Shown here: one piece after another, positions 46,160-55,777 of the stretch
How positions within the stretch are numbered: the first letter of the stretch is position 1
Layout: each line of letters begins with the position of its first letter
DNA from: an uncultured Gammaproteobacteria bacterium
GTDB taxonomy: Bacteria > Patescibacteriota > Microgenomatia > JALYQM01
Direction: 5' to 3'
Assembly (NCBI GenBank): GCA_964525495.1
Contig: CAZGHS010000005.1
Span: forward strand, 12,599 to 76,598
DNA: 64,000 bases
Translations under genes and position numbers: made by a program
The notes under the pieces: generated by a model
Databases searched by the model: none
The model's input: only the letters and a program-made list of their open reading frames with translations
What the model was told of the DNA's origin: nothing

Positions 46160-46744
46160 ATGAAAAAATTTATCGCTATTGCAGGTACTGCACTTTTATT
46201 AGCAGCTTGTACACCTAAAGCTCCCGCAACCACAGAAACAGATATTATGGAACCAGTAGCCACGCCGGTAGTGACAGCGCGTCCAACAGGCACACCTATT
46301 GCTATGATGAATGAAGGATCAAGCAGCGCAAAACCATCTTTCAAACTCACTGCACAAAACAATTCCAAGCAAGACGGCACAGTAATGTTTGAAGAAGTCG
46401 CCGGAAAAGTAAAAGTAACTGTCCAGGTTGCAAACGCAACAGCAGCAGCTGAGCCAGCACACATTCATGCAGGTGTCTGTCCTAAGCCAGGTGACGTAAA
46501 ATATCCACTCACAGACGTAGTAAACGGAAAGTCTGAAACAACATTACCAGCAGGTGTAACACTCGCTTCACTCGCAGATCTCGGTAAACTATCTGTAAAT
46601 GTACACAAGTCTAAAGCTGAGATAGCAACCTATCTATCTTGCGGCAACCTAGACTTTTCAGCATCAATGACAAAAGCAAGCCCATCAGGTTCAGCGATGA
46701 CTTCAAGCAAAGCATCTGCTTCACCAAAAGCATCGGCTATGTAA
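46160..46744 (+). CDS. CHRD-domain lipoprotein
   Basis: Lipobox LLAAC. PAHIHAGVCPKPGDV and LSVNVHKSKAEIATYL fit the CHRD AHIH.G..G and YVNVHT patterns. Confidence 0.55.
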   Translation: MKKFIAIAGTALLLAACTPKAPATTETDIMEPVATPVVTARPTGTPIAMMNEGSSSAKPSFKLTAQNNSKQDGTVMFEEVAGKVKVTVQVANATAAAEPAHIHAGVCPKPGDVKYPLTDVVNGKSETTLPAGVTLASLADLGKLSVNVHKSKAEIATYLSCGNLDFSASMTKASPSGSAMTSSKASASPKASAM

Positions 46745-46770
46745 TAATTTAACTAACTCACGTAACGCTA

Positions 46771-46803
46771 AAAGCCCTCCTAAAACTCGAGGGCTTTTTT
46801 AAT
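46771..46803 (+). terminator. Rho-independent terminator downstream of the CHRD lipoprotein gene
   Basis: 9-bp stem AAAGCCCTC/GAGGGCTTT with a 9-nt loop, followed by TTTTTT. Confidence 0.75.
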
Positions 46804-46825
46804 ACACATCACAAACGCAACTCTA

Positions 46826-46854
46826 TTGCAATTGAAAATAATCTACTGTATAAT
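46826..46854 (+). promoter_or_regulatory. Sigma70-type promoter for the metal ABC transporter operon (-35 TTGCAA, 17-nt spacer, -10 TATAAT)
   Basis: TTGCAA at 46826-46831 and TATAAT at 46849-46854, 7 nt before the ATG region. Follows the terminator. Confidence 0.6.
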
Positions 46855-46860
46855 ATAAGT

Positions 46861-47772
46861 ATGAAGTTAAGGCACGTTGCGTTATTTATTTGTACTATCG
46901 GACTAGGCATCTTCCTACTCACATTCCTAACTAGCCCTAAAAAAACAGATCACAACACGCAGAACAAACTCCATGTAACCACAAGTTTCTATCCGCTCCA
47001 ATTTCTGGCGCAAGAAGTAGGGAAAGACAACCTCATCGTCACATCCATTGTTCCTGCTGGTGTTGAACCACACGACTTCGAACCAAAACCTCAAGATATT
47101 ACCAATTTACTCTCATCAGATTTACTCATATACAACGGCGCCGGATTTGAAACCTGGATAGACAAACTCACACCTGACTTACAAAAGGAAAACATACAAC
47201 TAATCGATGCCAGTCAAGATCTTGTCCTCCTCCCTCAGGAGTCTGGCTACGACCCTCACATCTGGCTCGATCCAGTACTCGCCATACAAATTACAGACAA
47301 GATAACGCAAGCCTTTATTACAAGTGATCCACAAAACCAAGCAAGTTATGAAGTAAACGCAGCAGACCTTAAAACTAACCTAACGCAACTACACAACCAG
47401 TTTAATAACCTCGGTACTTCCTGCGCACGATCTGAAATAATCACATCCCATAACGCCTTCGGATACCTTGCATCACGATATGGTTTTGTTGCAAACTCCA
47501 TATCCGGGCTCTCTCCTGACGAAGAACCATCTCCGCAGAAGCTAGCGGAGTTAGTCGAACTCGCAAAACAAAAAAATATTAAGTATATTTTCTACGAATC
47601 ACTCATTTCTCCGCGCATATCTGCTACAATAGCCCAAGAGGTAGGCGCCCAAACACTACTCTTTAATCCAATCGAAGGATTAACAGACGAAGAGATCGCA
47701 CAAGGCCAAAATTACATAACTATTCAACAGCAAAACCTTGCCAATCTCAAAATCGCGCTAGAATGCCAATGA
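46861..47772 (+). CDS. Metal (Zn/Mn) ABC transporter substrate-binding protein, ZnuA/TroA family
   Basis: N-terminal anchor. TroA-like pattern (VTTSFYPLQFLAQEVG...EPHDFEP) with cluster-9 SBP layout. Followed by cognate ATPase and permease genes. Confidence 0.75.
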   Translation: MKLRHVALFICTIGLGIFLLTFLTSPKKTDHNTQNKLHVTTSFYPLQFLAQEVGKDNLIVTSIVPAGVEPHDFEPKPQDITNLLSSDLLIYNGAGFETWIDKLTPDLQKENIQLIDASQDLVLLPQESGYDPHIWLDPVLAIQITDKITQAFITSDPQNQASYEVNAADLKTNLTQLHNQFNNLGTSCARSEIITSHNAFGYLASRYGFVANSISGLSPDEEPSPQKLAELVELAKQKNIKYIFYESLISPRISATIAQEVGAQTLLFNPIEGLTDEEIAQGQNYITIQQQNLANLKIALECQ

Positions 47773-48479
47773 ACACACCAATAGTACAGCTCAAAGATAT
47801 CTGTTTCGGATACGGAGAAGAAGAAGTCCTCTGCAGTATTTCGCTAGATATTCACAAAGGAGACTTCATCGGCATTATCGGCCCAAATGGCAGTGGCAAG
47901 ACCACTCTTATCCGTATTCTCCTAGGACTAATGAAGCCGGGGAGCGGGGATATAAAACTCTTTGGTAAATCACTCAACAAATTCAAAGAATTTTCCAAAA
48001 TAGGATATGTTCCACAAAAAGCCACGCAGATAGATATCACTACACCTATCACAGTAGAAGAAATTATCTCACTCGCAACAGAAAATAAAAAAAATGTAGC
48101 AGATGCACTCCATGCCGTAGATCTCACCAGCAAAAAAGATAAACTCATCAGAGAGCTCTCAGGCGGCCAACAGCAGCGGGCTTTTATCGCCAAAGCACTT
48201 GCCTCCCAACCAGATCTTTTGATCCTCGACGAGCCAACCACAGGCGTTGACGTCAACACACAGGACGAGTTCTACAGTCTCCTCGCAAAACTCAACAAAA
48301 CTGGGCTGACCATAGTACTTGTCTCTCACGACATTGATGTAGTGGTAAATGAAGTGAATAAACTCGTCTGTCTCAATAAAAAACTCGTCTACCAAGGAAC
48401 ACCCAAACAATTTGTTAAAGATGAATACCTAGAAAAATTATATGGCAGCACGCGAAGGATGATTATTCACAAGCATTAA
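47763..48479 (+). CDS. Metal ABC transporter ATP-binding protein (ZnuC-like)
   Basis: Walker A GPNGSGKTTL, signature LSGGQQQR and Walker B LILDEPTTGVD. Confidence 0.85.
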   Translation: MPMNTPIVQLKDICFGYGEEEVLCSISLDIHKGDFIGIIGPNGSGKTTLIRILLGLMKPGSGDIKLFGKSLNKFKEFSKIGYVPQKATQIDITTPITVEEIISLATENKKNVADALHAVDLTSKKDKLIRELSGGQQQRAFIAKALASQPDLLILDEPTTGVDVNTQDEFYSLLAKLNKTGLTIVLVSHDIDVVVNEVNKLVCLNKKLVYQGTPKQFVKDEYLEKLYGSTRRMIIHKH

Positions 48480-48483
48480 AACT

Positions 48484-49275
48484 ATGGAAATCTTTCAATA
48501 CACATTCATGATTCGCGCACTCACAGCAGGCATAATTATTGCCTTCATCGCACCACTCATCGGAATATTCCTTGTTAACAAAAAATATTCCCTGATGGCT
48601 GACACCCTCGCACACGTATCGCTCGCCGGAGTTGCTATCGGTTTACTCACCCAAGTCTATCCTGTTTACACTGCCCTTATCGTCACTGTTCTCGCAGCCA
48701 TCATGATTCAAAAACTTAACCAGGACAAAAAACTCAGCGGCGAAGCCACACTCGCACTTTTCTTATCCGGAGGTTTAGCGCTCGCAACAGTTCTCATCAG
48801 CTTTGCCCGAGGATTCAACGTTGACCTATTTGCTTACCTCTTCGGCAGCATCACCACTGTGACCACTACAGACATCTATATCGCACTCACAGTAGGAGTA
48901 ATCGTCTCACTCACCATCGCCGCAATATACAAACAATTACTCTATGTCTCAGTTGATGAAGAAGCAGCCCAGGTCAGCGGTATCAAGGTAAATAAAGTTA
49001 ATTACATTTTCATGATTCTGACCGCCATCACTATCGCACTATCCATTCGCATCATCGGAATTCTATTAGTCAGCGCACTCATGGTCATCCCCGTACTCAC
49101 CGCGTCACAAATCGCTAAAAGCTTTGTCCAAACTCTGCTCTATGCCATCATTTTCAGCATTTACTTTGTCATCGCCGGACTCTATCTATCTTTCTATTTC
49201 AACCTAGCCGCAGGGGGAGCCATTGTTCTCTTCGCGCTCGCAAATTTCTTAGTAATAAAAGTAATCAAGAAATAA
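48484..49275 (+). CDS. Metal ABC transporter permease (ABC-3/ZnuB-like)
   Basis: 263 aa polytopic protein with ABC-3 family features, directly following the ATPase. Confidence 0.8.
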   Translation: MEIFQYTFMIRALTAGIIIAFIAPLIGIFLVNKKYSLMADTLAHVSLAGVAIGLLTQVYPVYTALIVTVLAAIMIQKLNQDKKLSGEATLALFLSGGLALATVLISFARGFNVDLFAYLFGSITTVTTTDIYIALTVGVIVSLTIAAIYKQLLYVSVDEEAAQVSGIKVNKVNYIFMILTAITIALSIRIIGILLVSALMVIPVLTASQIAKSFVQTLLYAIIFSIYFVIAGLYLSFYFNLAAGGAIVLFALANFLVIKVIKK

Positions 49276-49276
49276 A

Positions 49277-50446
49277 TTATTTAGCAGGCACTAGTCTGTA
49301 AATCTTATCATCCTTATCCTTAACACTCCCACGTCCATCTCGATTACTTGACGAGAAATAAATATTGCCATCTGGTCCTGTCACAACGTCACGCACTCGT
49401 CCAACATCCACGCCTGCGAGTTTGTTATGCGACAATACGTTTGTTCCATCTGTATTCAACACTGCCCGGTAAATTCCTTGTCCGCGTAATGCACCATAAA
49501 AGAAATTATTCTCAAATTGAGGAAATACTTTTCCTGTATAAAAACTTCCAGATCCAGGAGCAATCGCAGGTGTATACAAAACTTGTGGATCCATCATGCC
49601 ATCTCGGCGTTTATCATGAGACACAACAGGCCAACCATAATTTGCAGCCCGCTCAATCATATTCACTTCGTCACCTCCGCCTGGTCCGTCACCTCCAGAA
49701 GGCCCGTGCTCAGTCTCCCACATAGTTTTCGTCACTGGATGCCAATCAATTCCTTGAGGATTACGATGACCATACGACCAGACATACGAATTAGGAAATG
49801 GATTATCGCTCGGAATCGACCCATCGCTATTCATACGCAATATTTTCCCAGCCAGCGAGGTTTTATCCTGTGCCAATTCTTTTTGAGACGCATCACCAGT
49901 AGTCATATATAGTTTTCCATCCGGTCCAAACTTCAGACGGCTCCCCGCATGAACTTGCGCTGCAGGCACGCCTTCAATCAAAGTTTTATCCACACGCAAT
50001 TTGTCACCTTCATCAACAGCCCGCACTACTCGATCAGCGCCACGTCCACTCGCATAGGTATACGCAATATACACATATTTATTTGAAGCATAATTCGGAT
50101 CCAAAGTCATTCCTAGTAATCCATCTTCAGACCGAGTCGAGACATCAAAGGTAATCATCGGCTCTTTACGCACAACACCTTTTTCTACTACTTTCACTGC
50201 ACCACTTCGTTCAGTTACCAAAACCCGATCCGCAGAAGTGAACACGATACTCCATGGTACAAACAAGGAATCTGCATACACCTCTACTTTGTATCCCACC
50301 GCAACAGGACTCTCTTCGCTCGTATTCGTAGGCGAAGTAGTTCCATTGGATGAATTCTGAGGTAATGCAGTAGATTGCTGAGAAGTACACGCAGTTAACA
50401 GGAGAACACTCAGTAAAATAACAGTCAAAGATGTAACTTTATGCAT
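49277..50446 (-). CDS. PQQ-dependent sugar dehydrogenase-like (glucose/sorbosone dehydrogenase, YliI-type beta-propeller) lipoprotein
   Basis: Lipobox LLTAC. GSDH family motifs (LGMTLDPNY, G.RLKFGPDGKLYMTTGD, GKILRMNSDGSIPSDNPF, ANYGWP). Confidence 0.75.
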   Translation of the reverse strand: MHKVTSLTVILLSVLLLTACTSQQSTALPQNSSNGTTSPTNTSEESPVAVGYKVEVYADSLFVPWSIVFTSADRVLVTERSGAVKVVEKGVVRKEPMITFDVSTRSEDGLLGMTLDPNYASNKYVYIAYTYASGRGADRVVRAVDEGDKLRVDKTLIEGVPAAQVHAGSRLKFGPDGKLYMTTGDASQKELAQDKTSLAGKILRMNSDGSIPSDNPFPNSYVWSYGHRNPQGIDWHPVTKTMWETEHGPSGGDGPGGGDEVNMIERAANYGWPVVSHDKRRDGMMDPQVLYTPAIAPGSGSFYTGKVFPQFENNFFYGALRGQGIYRAVLNTDGTNVLSHNKLAGVDVGRVRDVVTGPDGNIYFSSSNRDGRGSVKDKDDKIYRLVPAK

Positions 50447-50792
50447 ACTAGTAATATACTAAAAACAAAAGCTATTGACCAGCATTACGCCAGTCATCGT
50501 CGCTGACAGTCACATCTTGGCCATTAACAACTTCTCTTGAATAAATCTCTCGATCATTAAGTCGGATCAAACCACCATGCTTTGGACGCAATTGATCAGC
50601 ATATTTTTTCTCCAATGCCACAATTTATAAACATAGTCATTCCCTCAGCTGTACTTCACAAAAAAAGAGAAGGAAACCGCAATAGCAATTTTCTCTATGT
50701 TGAAATATTACCAGACGAGCGAGGCGACGGTTGGCAAGCAACAGAAATAGATTACGTAGACTTCTGATAGTAATGATATAATTAAATAAAAT

Positions 50793-51449
50793 ATGAGCGA
50801 GGGCAGAACAAAAATTTCACCAGAACAATTTAATACCGAACAACAACAATTTTTAGAAGAGCTTAATCGCATAGCAGGACACCATCCTCCACGAAGAATC
50901 CCTGAACTTTCCAACTTAGCATTGTCTGGTTCAAACTTCCTCTATCAGGACTTATCAAACAATCCGGTAAGACAACGACTAGACGCAGCAAAAGTGCAGG
51001 AAGGTATCCGCGCTGTTTGGTATGGAATACAGGGGCGGCAAATGTCTGCGGCTAATATAATAAATAATCTCGATGCCTGGTTAGACGGAAAAAATTTAAG
51101 AGCAGTGAGTCATGACTTTATATCCAAAGTGGCGGAGATTCGAACGTCCTGGACGGCGGATGCTATAAATAACAGTGAGTGTCTATTTCCTACATCACAG
51201 TTATCTTTTCCTAAAGTGGCAGCCATGCTTGAATTTATAGCTCAGCATGCAGCTGAGCAAGAGGGGCAAGCAGCCTTGTCTGAAGAAGAACAAGCAGTAT
51301 ATTTTCTGGCAGCGACTATAGCACGCACAGTAGCCGGGGATCTCGCGCTCGTAGTAACTGATAGGGGATCACTAGATACTGATAAAACTATAGAGCTATT
51401 AGAAACACCACTCAATAAAGCCGGAATAAGTTTAAGAAGACTAATCTAA
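50793..51449 (+). CDS. Hypothetical protein (orphan, 218 aa)
   Basis: ORF only; no recognisable motifs. Locally higher GC than its surroundings. Ends 3 nt before the tRNA on the opposite strand. Confidence 0.4.
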   Translation: MSEGRTKISPEQFNTEQQQFLEELNRIAGHHPPRRIPELSNLALSGSNFLYQDLSNNPVRQRLDAAKVQEGIRAVWYGIQGRQMSAANIINNLDAWLDGKNLRAVSHDFISKVAEIRTSWTADAINNSECLFPTSQLSFPKVAAMLEFIAQHAAEQEGQAALSEEEQAVYFLAATIARTVAGDLALVVTDRGSLDTDKTIELLETPLNKAGISLRRLI

Positions 51450-51451
51450 AG

Positions 51452-51523
51452 TACCCCCGACCAGAATCGAACTGATATCTATCCCTTAGGACGGGACTGT
51501 TCTATCCGTTGAACTACGGGGGC
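51452..51523 (-). tRNA. tRNA-Arg (anticodon CCU)
   Basis: The reverse complement folds as a cloverleaf: acceptor GCCCCCG/CGGGGGT (with a G1-U72 wobble), U8, D-stem GTTC/GAAC, anticodon stem GTCCC/GGGAT with loop GTCCTAA, T-arm ATCAG-TTCGATT-CTGGT, discriminator A. No encoded CCA. Confidence 0.7.
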
Positions 51524-51567
51524 ACAATCTTCTCGATTATATCATTTAAGCCTGAAGATCTTTTAAA

Positions 51568-52488
51568 CTAGCTATTCTGATTACGCATTTCCCAATACTT
51601 CACATAACTAGTTCGGATATGCAACGCAGAATAAATAGCCCAGACCAATCCGGCAAATCCATCCATAAAGCCTTTATGCCGAAAGTAAAGGCTAAAAAAG
51701 GTCTTACTCGGGATATAGAACATCCATTTAAAAAGCGAAAATATATCAGTTCCAGGGGCAAAATTACTTTTTGCTCCAGGTTTTTTTTGAAAATTATCCA
51801 GCCATTCCTGAGCTTGCAAGCTAGTATAGCGATTCGAACGCTGCAAATAGCGAGAAAAAGTTGGATCGGCCATGTGGATTAAGTCAGACGACAGCACGGA
51901 TATTTGGCCATCAATAATCATCTGATCATGCACTTCTTTCAATGCAAAATGTGCTTTTCCTTTTTTAACCAAACGCACAGTCCCATCTGGATATGCGCCA
52001 CCATGCATCAAAAATTTTCCCAAGAAATAATTCCGACGAGGTAAATAAAATGCCACAATAGGACCATCTTTTGTTCCTACACTACCATCTCGCTCCTCGA
52101 GCTGCGTTAAATGTCGAATAAGTAAATCATATTTAGTAGGATCCACACTATGATTTTCTAAATCCGCCTTTTTTGACGATACGACTTTAATGATTTCTTC
52201 AGCTAATTCATGTGAAACTCGTTCATCAGCATCAAGCTGCAAAACCCACTCGCCTGTAGCCGCATCAAGTGCTTTTTGCTTATTAATATGAAAAATTGGA
52301 GGGTTATCTGTCTTAATTATCTTTGCACCAAATGTCTCAGCTATTTCAACAGTTTTATCAGTGCTTCCACCATCTACAATCACAATTTCCTGGGCAATGT
52401 CTTTAACTGATTCTAAGCACTCTTTTAGGTTAGCTTCCTCATTAAAAACAGCTAAAACCACAGATAAATTAGTTTGTTTTCCGTCCAT
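51568..52488 (-). CDS. Family 2 glycosyltransferase (GT-A fold)
   Basis: LSVVLAVFNEE...IVIVDGGSTD...LQLDADE (DxD motif); 306 aa. Confidence 0.75.
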   Translation of the reverse strand: MDGKQTNLSVVLAVFNEEANLKECLESVKDIAQEIVIVDGGSTDKTVEIAETFGAKIIKTDNPPIFHINKQKALDAATGEWVLQLDADERVSHELAEEIIKVVSSKKADLENHSVDPTKYDLLIRHLTQLEERDGSVGTKDGPIVAFYLPRRNYFLGKFLMHGGAYPDGTVRLVKKGKAHFALKEVHDQMIIDGQISVLSSDLIHMADPTFSRYLQRSNRYTSLQAQEWLDNFQKKPGAKSNFAPGTDIFSLFKWMFYIPSKTFFSLYFRHKGFMDGFAGLVWAIYSALHIRTSYVKYWEMRNQNS

Positions 52489-52490
52489 AA

Positions 52491-53285
52491 TTAGCGTAAT
52501 TGTACCAAAGCAGAAGGATATATAACATCAGTCCACAAAATGTACTCTTTTGATGAAGGATGCAGTCCATCCCAGTTAATCAAGCTCATATCTTTACCCA
52601 TACCTTTACTTAATTCAAAGATATCGACATAAGTAACATTTTTTTTACGACTTTCTTCCATAACTATTTCATTAAACGATGAGACACCTTCAGAAATATC
52701 TCGTCCTCCTCCGTACGCTTTACCTGTCGGTGTAACACCAAAATCAGGGATAGTTACCACAAGTAAGCGCTTAGAGGAGGGGAGAGTAGTGAGCATCTGA
52801 TCAAGCAAGAAAAGGAAATTTTTTCGAAATGTGTCTTCATCAATACCTTGAACCCAGTCATTTACGCCGATCAAAAGTGTAGCAAAATCTGCTTTAGATT
52901 CTTTATAAATAGGTAAGCCAGTATCAATCAGATTCTGAGTAGTCCAGCCTGTCCGAGCGACATTCCCAACAAGTTCTACCCCAATTCCATTCTCATTTAA
53001 TCGCTTCGTTAATTCATTAGGCCAGCGTTCAGGTTCTTTCACGCCTTCACCAATGGTATATGAGTCTCCCATAGCTATATAGCGTAATCGTGAGCTATCG
53101 GTTGTCGCAGGCAATGAGGAATCAATAGTAATCGGACCTTTATTTTGTCGCAGCAAAAGAATTACGCACAAACCGGCTACTATAAGAACACCGATAGGCA
53201 AAATATAATTCATACGTTTAGTATACATCTGATAGCGTGGTAACAATATTTCGAAGCGGTTCACGACCAAACACATACAATTCAT
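52491..53285 (-). CDS. SGNH/GDSL-family hydrolase (lipase/esterase/acylhydrolase) with an N-terminal anchor
   Basis: YIAMGDSYTIGEGV is the block I GDS(L) motif. The true start is probably an internal Met (about 53213-53228), because the ORF otherwise overlaps the upstream gene. Confidence 0.65.
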   Translation of the reverse strand: MNCMCLVVNRFEILLPRYQMYTKRMNYILPIGVLIVAGLCVILLLRQNKGPITIDSSLPATTDSSRLRYIAMGDSYTIGEGVKEPERWPNELTKRLNENGIGVELVGNVARTGWTTQNLIDTGLPIYKESKADFATLLIGVNDWVQGIDEDTFRKNFLFLLDQMLTTLPSSKRLLVVTIPDFGVTPTGKAYGGGRDISEGVSSFNEIVMEESRKKNVTYVDIFELSKGMGKDMSLINWDGLHPSSKEYILWTDVIYPSALVQLR

Positions 53286-55137
53286 TCATCGCACGCGTTA
53301 GCGCAACGTACAACAAATCATGATTTACTTTCCGCAATTCTCTTCCCAGTTCTGATGAAGTGTCTCCAATTACAAAATATTGTCGATCAACTCCTACCAA
53401 AAATACTGCATCAAACTCGACACCCTGCGCTTCATTTATAGTCATCATCTTCACATCGGAATTTTCTGCAAATACTTTTCTATAAGCTTCTAAATACTCA
53501 TCATTTTTTGCCAAAATTCCCACAACGCCGCCATCGCGCGCTTCGATCAGATCTTCAATCTTCTCGATCTCCATAGCTTTTGTAGTCAAAACATGTTCCT
53601 GTACTTCCTTACCTAGATTCACGCCGTCAGGAATCGTAGTACTAAATCCAACTGATTGAATATATTCCAATATTTGTCGAGTATTACGATATACTTTTTG
53701 TAAAACAACTTTACGGCCCTCACCAAAAGACTCGCCCACGAGATTCCAGTCTTCAATAGTAAAAGCACGTGTCTTCTGAGCCAGATCTCCCACGTAGAGC
53801 ATCGCTTTGGTCTTCTTACTCACACACTGGAGTAAAATTTCGATCTGTTCTTGTAAAAAGTTTTCTGCTTCGTCGACAACAATCAAAGAATACTGCAAAG
53901 GAACTTCCTTAAAAGTTTTTTTGAATTTCATTCCCTTTAATAATTCGTACTCTGCTTTCTGCTCCTTTAGTGCCCCTTCTTGCAAGATCGCACACTTGCC
54001 CAGGAGGGACAAGTCGAACCGATCAATCACTCGATCGTGCATTTGTCGTGCCCATACTTCCATAAGAGAGGACGAAAAATAAGGGGAATAATATTCTGAC
54101 AAGAACCCAAAAATATCTTTCTGTTGTACGACTTTTTTTTCGGGGACAGCACTAGTGAGTGCTTTGAGAGCACCGTTCTTTGCAAATTCATACAGATCTT
54201 TTTCGCTCTCATGTGCACCATATTTCTGCACAAAGTGCACATTCTTTAGTCCAAGTTTTTCAATAATCCATTCGTCAAATGTTACAATCGTGACTTTTTT
54301 AATACCAAGGTCGGGCAGGAGGTTCGAGAAATATGCTTTCGTTGACGCATCCTGTACAAACACAATTATCGAGTGAGCAGGAAACGCCGTTTCAGTTTCT
54401 GGAGCTTGTGTTAGGTACGCAACACGGTGCAACGCCAGTGTAGTCTTACCCGATCCAGCTGGACCCGAGATCAGAAACGATCCCCGCCAATGCGCACGGA
54501 TCACTTCGTCTTGAGCCTTTTCCATCTGCTCGACTATTTCCGGCAGGATAAAGTCAGATTTTTTGCGAGCGAGTCGTTCTTGGTACACCAATTCGCGAGG
54601 CTGACCGATACCTTCCATAGCCATAAATACAATATGGCCGTCTACTATCATGTATTGTTCTTTATAGTTTAAAGATCCGTCGACTGGACGATCGTTCAAG
54701 TTCATGTAGGTAAATCGGCCAGGAGCTTCAAAGCGCAACCGCGCGATAGGAGTCGTCCAAGATGAAATCGAATCATTTGAAAAAGGAAATTTACCTATAT
54801 ATCGCACTGTTTCTGCTGAGTCTTTATCAAATTGCAATCGAATTTGGGTGAAGTAAGGCGAGTCCTTTAATTTCTGCAATTCATCCAGGCGTTTTTTACC
54901 TTCTTCAAGCTTTACCTTTTCAACATCCGTATAACCTTCGTCATGTGATCCTTTTTCAGCACCCTTAATCACATCCTCAAAAAACTCATTCTGCTCGCGC
55001 ACTTTAGCAATCTCGTCAACAATATGTGTTTGGACAGTATGTACATGTCGCTGTGCGTGTTCCCGCAGCTCATCTTTTGCAAGCTGATCCATGAGAGCCT
55101 CCGGAGTAAACAGGGGATAAGACTTGCAGCATAGCAA
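53218..55137 (-). CDS. UvrD-like superfamily I helicase, HelD (helicase IV)-like
   Basis: Walker A FLISGPAGSGKTTLALHRVAYL and Walker B-like IVVDEAENF, with a long N-terminal domain and a C-terminal YVALTRAMNELYVF motif typical of UvrD/HelD. The start is probably at MDQLAKDE (about 55092). Confidence 0.65.
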   Translation of the reverse strand: MLCCKSYPLFTPEALMDQLAKDELREHAQRHVHTVQTHIVDEIAKVREQNEFFEDVIKGAEKGSHDEGYTDVEKVKLEEGKKRLDELQKLKDSPYFTQIRLQFDKDSAETVRYIGKFPFSNDSISSWTTPIARLRFEAPGRFTYMNLNDRPVDGSLNYKEQYMIVDGHIVFMAMEGIGQPRELVYQERLARKKSDFILPEIVEQMEKAQDEVIRAHWRGSFLISGPAGSGKTTLALHRVAYLTQAPETETAFPAHSIIVFVQDASTKAYFSNLLPDLGIKKVTIVTFDEWIIEKLGLKNVHFVQKYGAHESEKDLYEFAKNGALKALTSAVPEKKVVQQKDIFGFLSEYYSPYFSSSLMEVWARQMHDRVIDRFDLSLLGKCAILQEGALKEQKAEYELLKGMKFKKTFKEVPLQYSLIVVDEAENFLQEQIEILLQCVSKKTKAMLYVGDLAQKTRAFTIEDWNLVGESFGEGRKVVLQKVYRNTRQILEYIQSVGFSTTIPDGVNLGKEVQEHVLTTKAMEIEKIEDLIEARDGGVVGILAKNDEYLEAYRKVFAENSDVKMMTINEAQGVEFDAVFLVGVDRQYFVIGDTSSELGRELRKVNHDLLYVALTRAMNELYVFGREPLRNIVTTLSDVY

Positions 55138-55178
55138 ATACGTCGAGATTTAGCAATAAAAGCATTAAAAAACTAACT

Positions 55179-55718
55179 TTAGCAATCTAATTTTTCAAAT
55201 ACCAAATAGGCAAGTAACGGATAAGCGTATTCATCACACGCAATCATTTTTTTTACTTCATCAATACTCATAAGATGAACAGAATCAATATACTCATCTT
55301 CATCAAGATTTTGGTTATGAGATTTAACACAATTCTTAGCTAAATACAGATAGCGCTTTGCAGTCGTATACGCTCCGTCAAATCCTGCTCGCAACAGTGA
55401 AATATCATCAGAAGTATAGCCAGTTTCTTCTTGTAACTCGCGAAGTGCCTCAACCTGAGGATCATCTCCGTTGTCCAAACTCCCGGCTGGGGACTCATAA
55501 AAATATTTATCAGGACCAACACGAAATTGTCGTATCAAAATTACTTGATTATCAGGAGTTAAGGCAAAAACATGGCCAAATGGCCCTTCGTCTTTCAATT
55601 CTACCGTTTTCTTCCGCCCGTCTTCACATTCATAAACTCTTTTCTGAACGCGCAGCCCTTTAGAAGAAGTTTCAAAAATAGTTTCATTAGAAATCAGTTT
55701 CCAGGAAAGATCAGACAT
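55179..55718 (-). CDS. NUDIX hydrolase
   Basis: Nudix box G.LDNGDDPQVEALRELQEETGY (GX5EX7REUXEEXGU). Confidence 0.8.
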   Translation of the reverse strand: MSDLSWKLISNETIFETSSKGLRVQKRVYECEDGRKKTVELKDEGPFGHVFALTPDNQVILIRQFRVGPDKYFYESPAGSLDNGDDPQVEALRELQEETGYTSDDISLLRAGFDGAYTTAKRYLYLAKNCVKSHNQNLDEDEYIDSVHLMSIDEVKKMIACDEYAYPLLAYLVFEKLDC

Positions 55719-55777
55719 AAAGCCTCCAATATTAATAAGGCGATTATATCAAAGCTAAAAGTGATATAATTACCTAT

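Noticed and set aside
46820-46860. Possible Zur/Fur-type operator at the metal transporter promoter (CAATTG palindrome)
   Set aside because: Only a 6-bp palindrome is present. It has no resemblance to known Zur or MntR boxes and no longer dyad symmetry.
50582-50767. 61-aa plus-strand ORF and 49-aa minus-strand ORF in the gap before gene 50793
   Set aside because: Neither has an ATG plus a Shine-Dalgarno sequence, and they overlap each other. They are kept only as context for the tRNA-proximal finding and are not called as genes.
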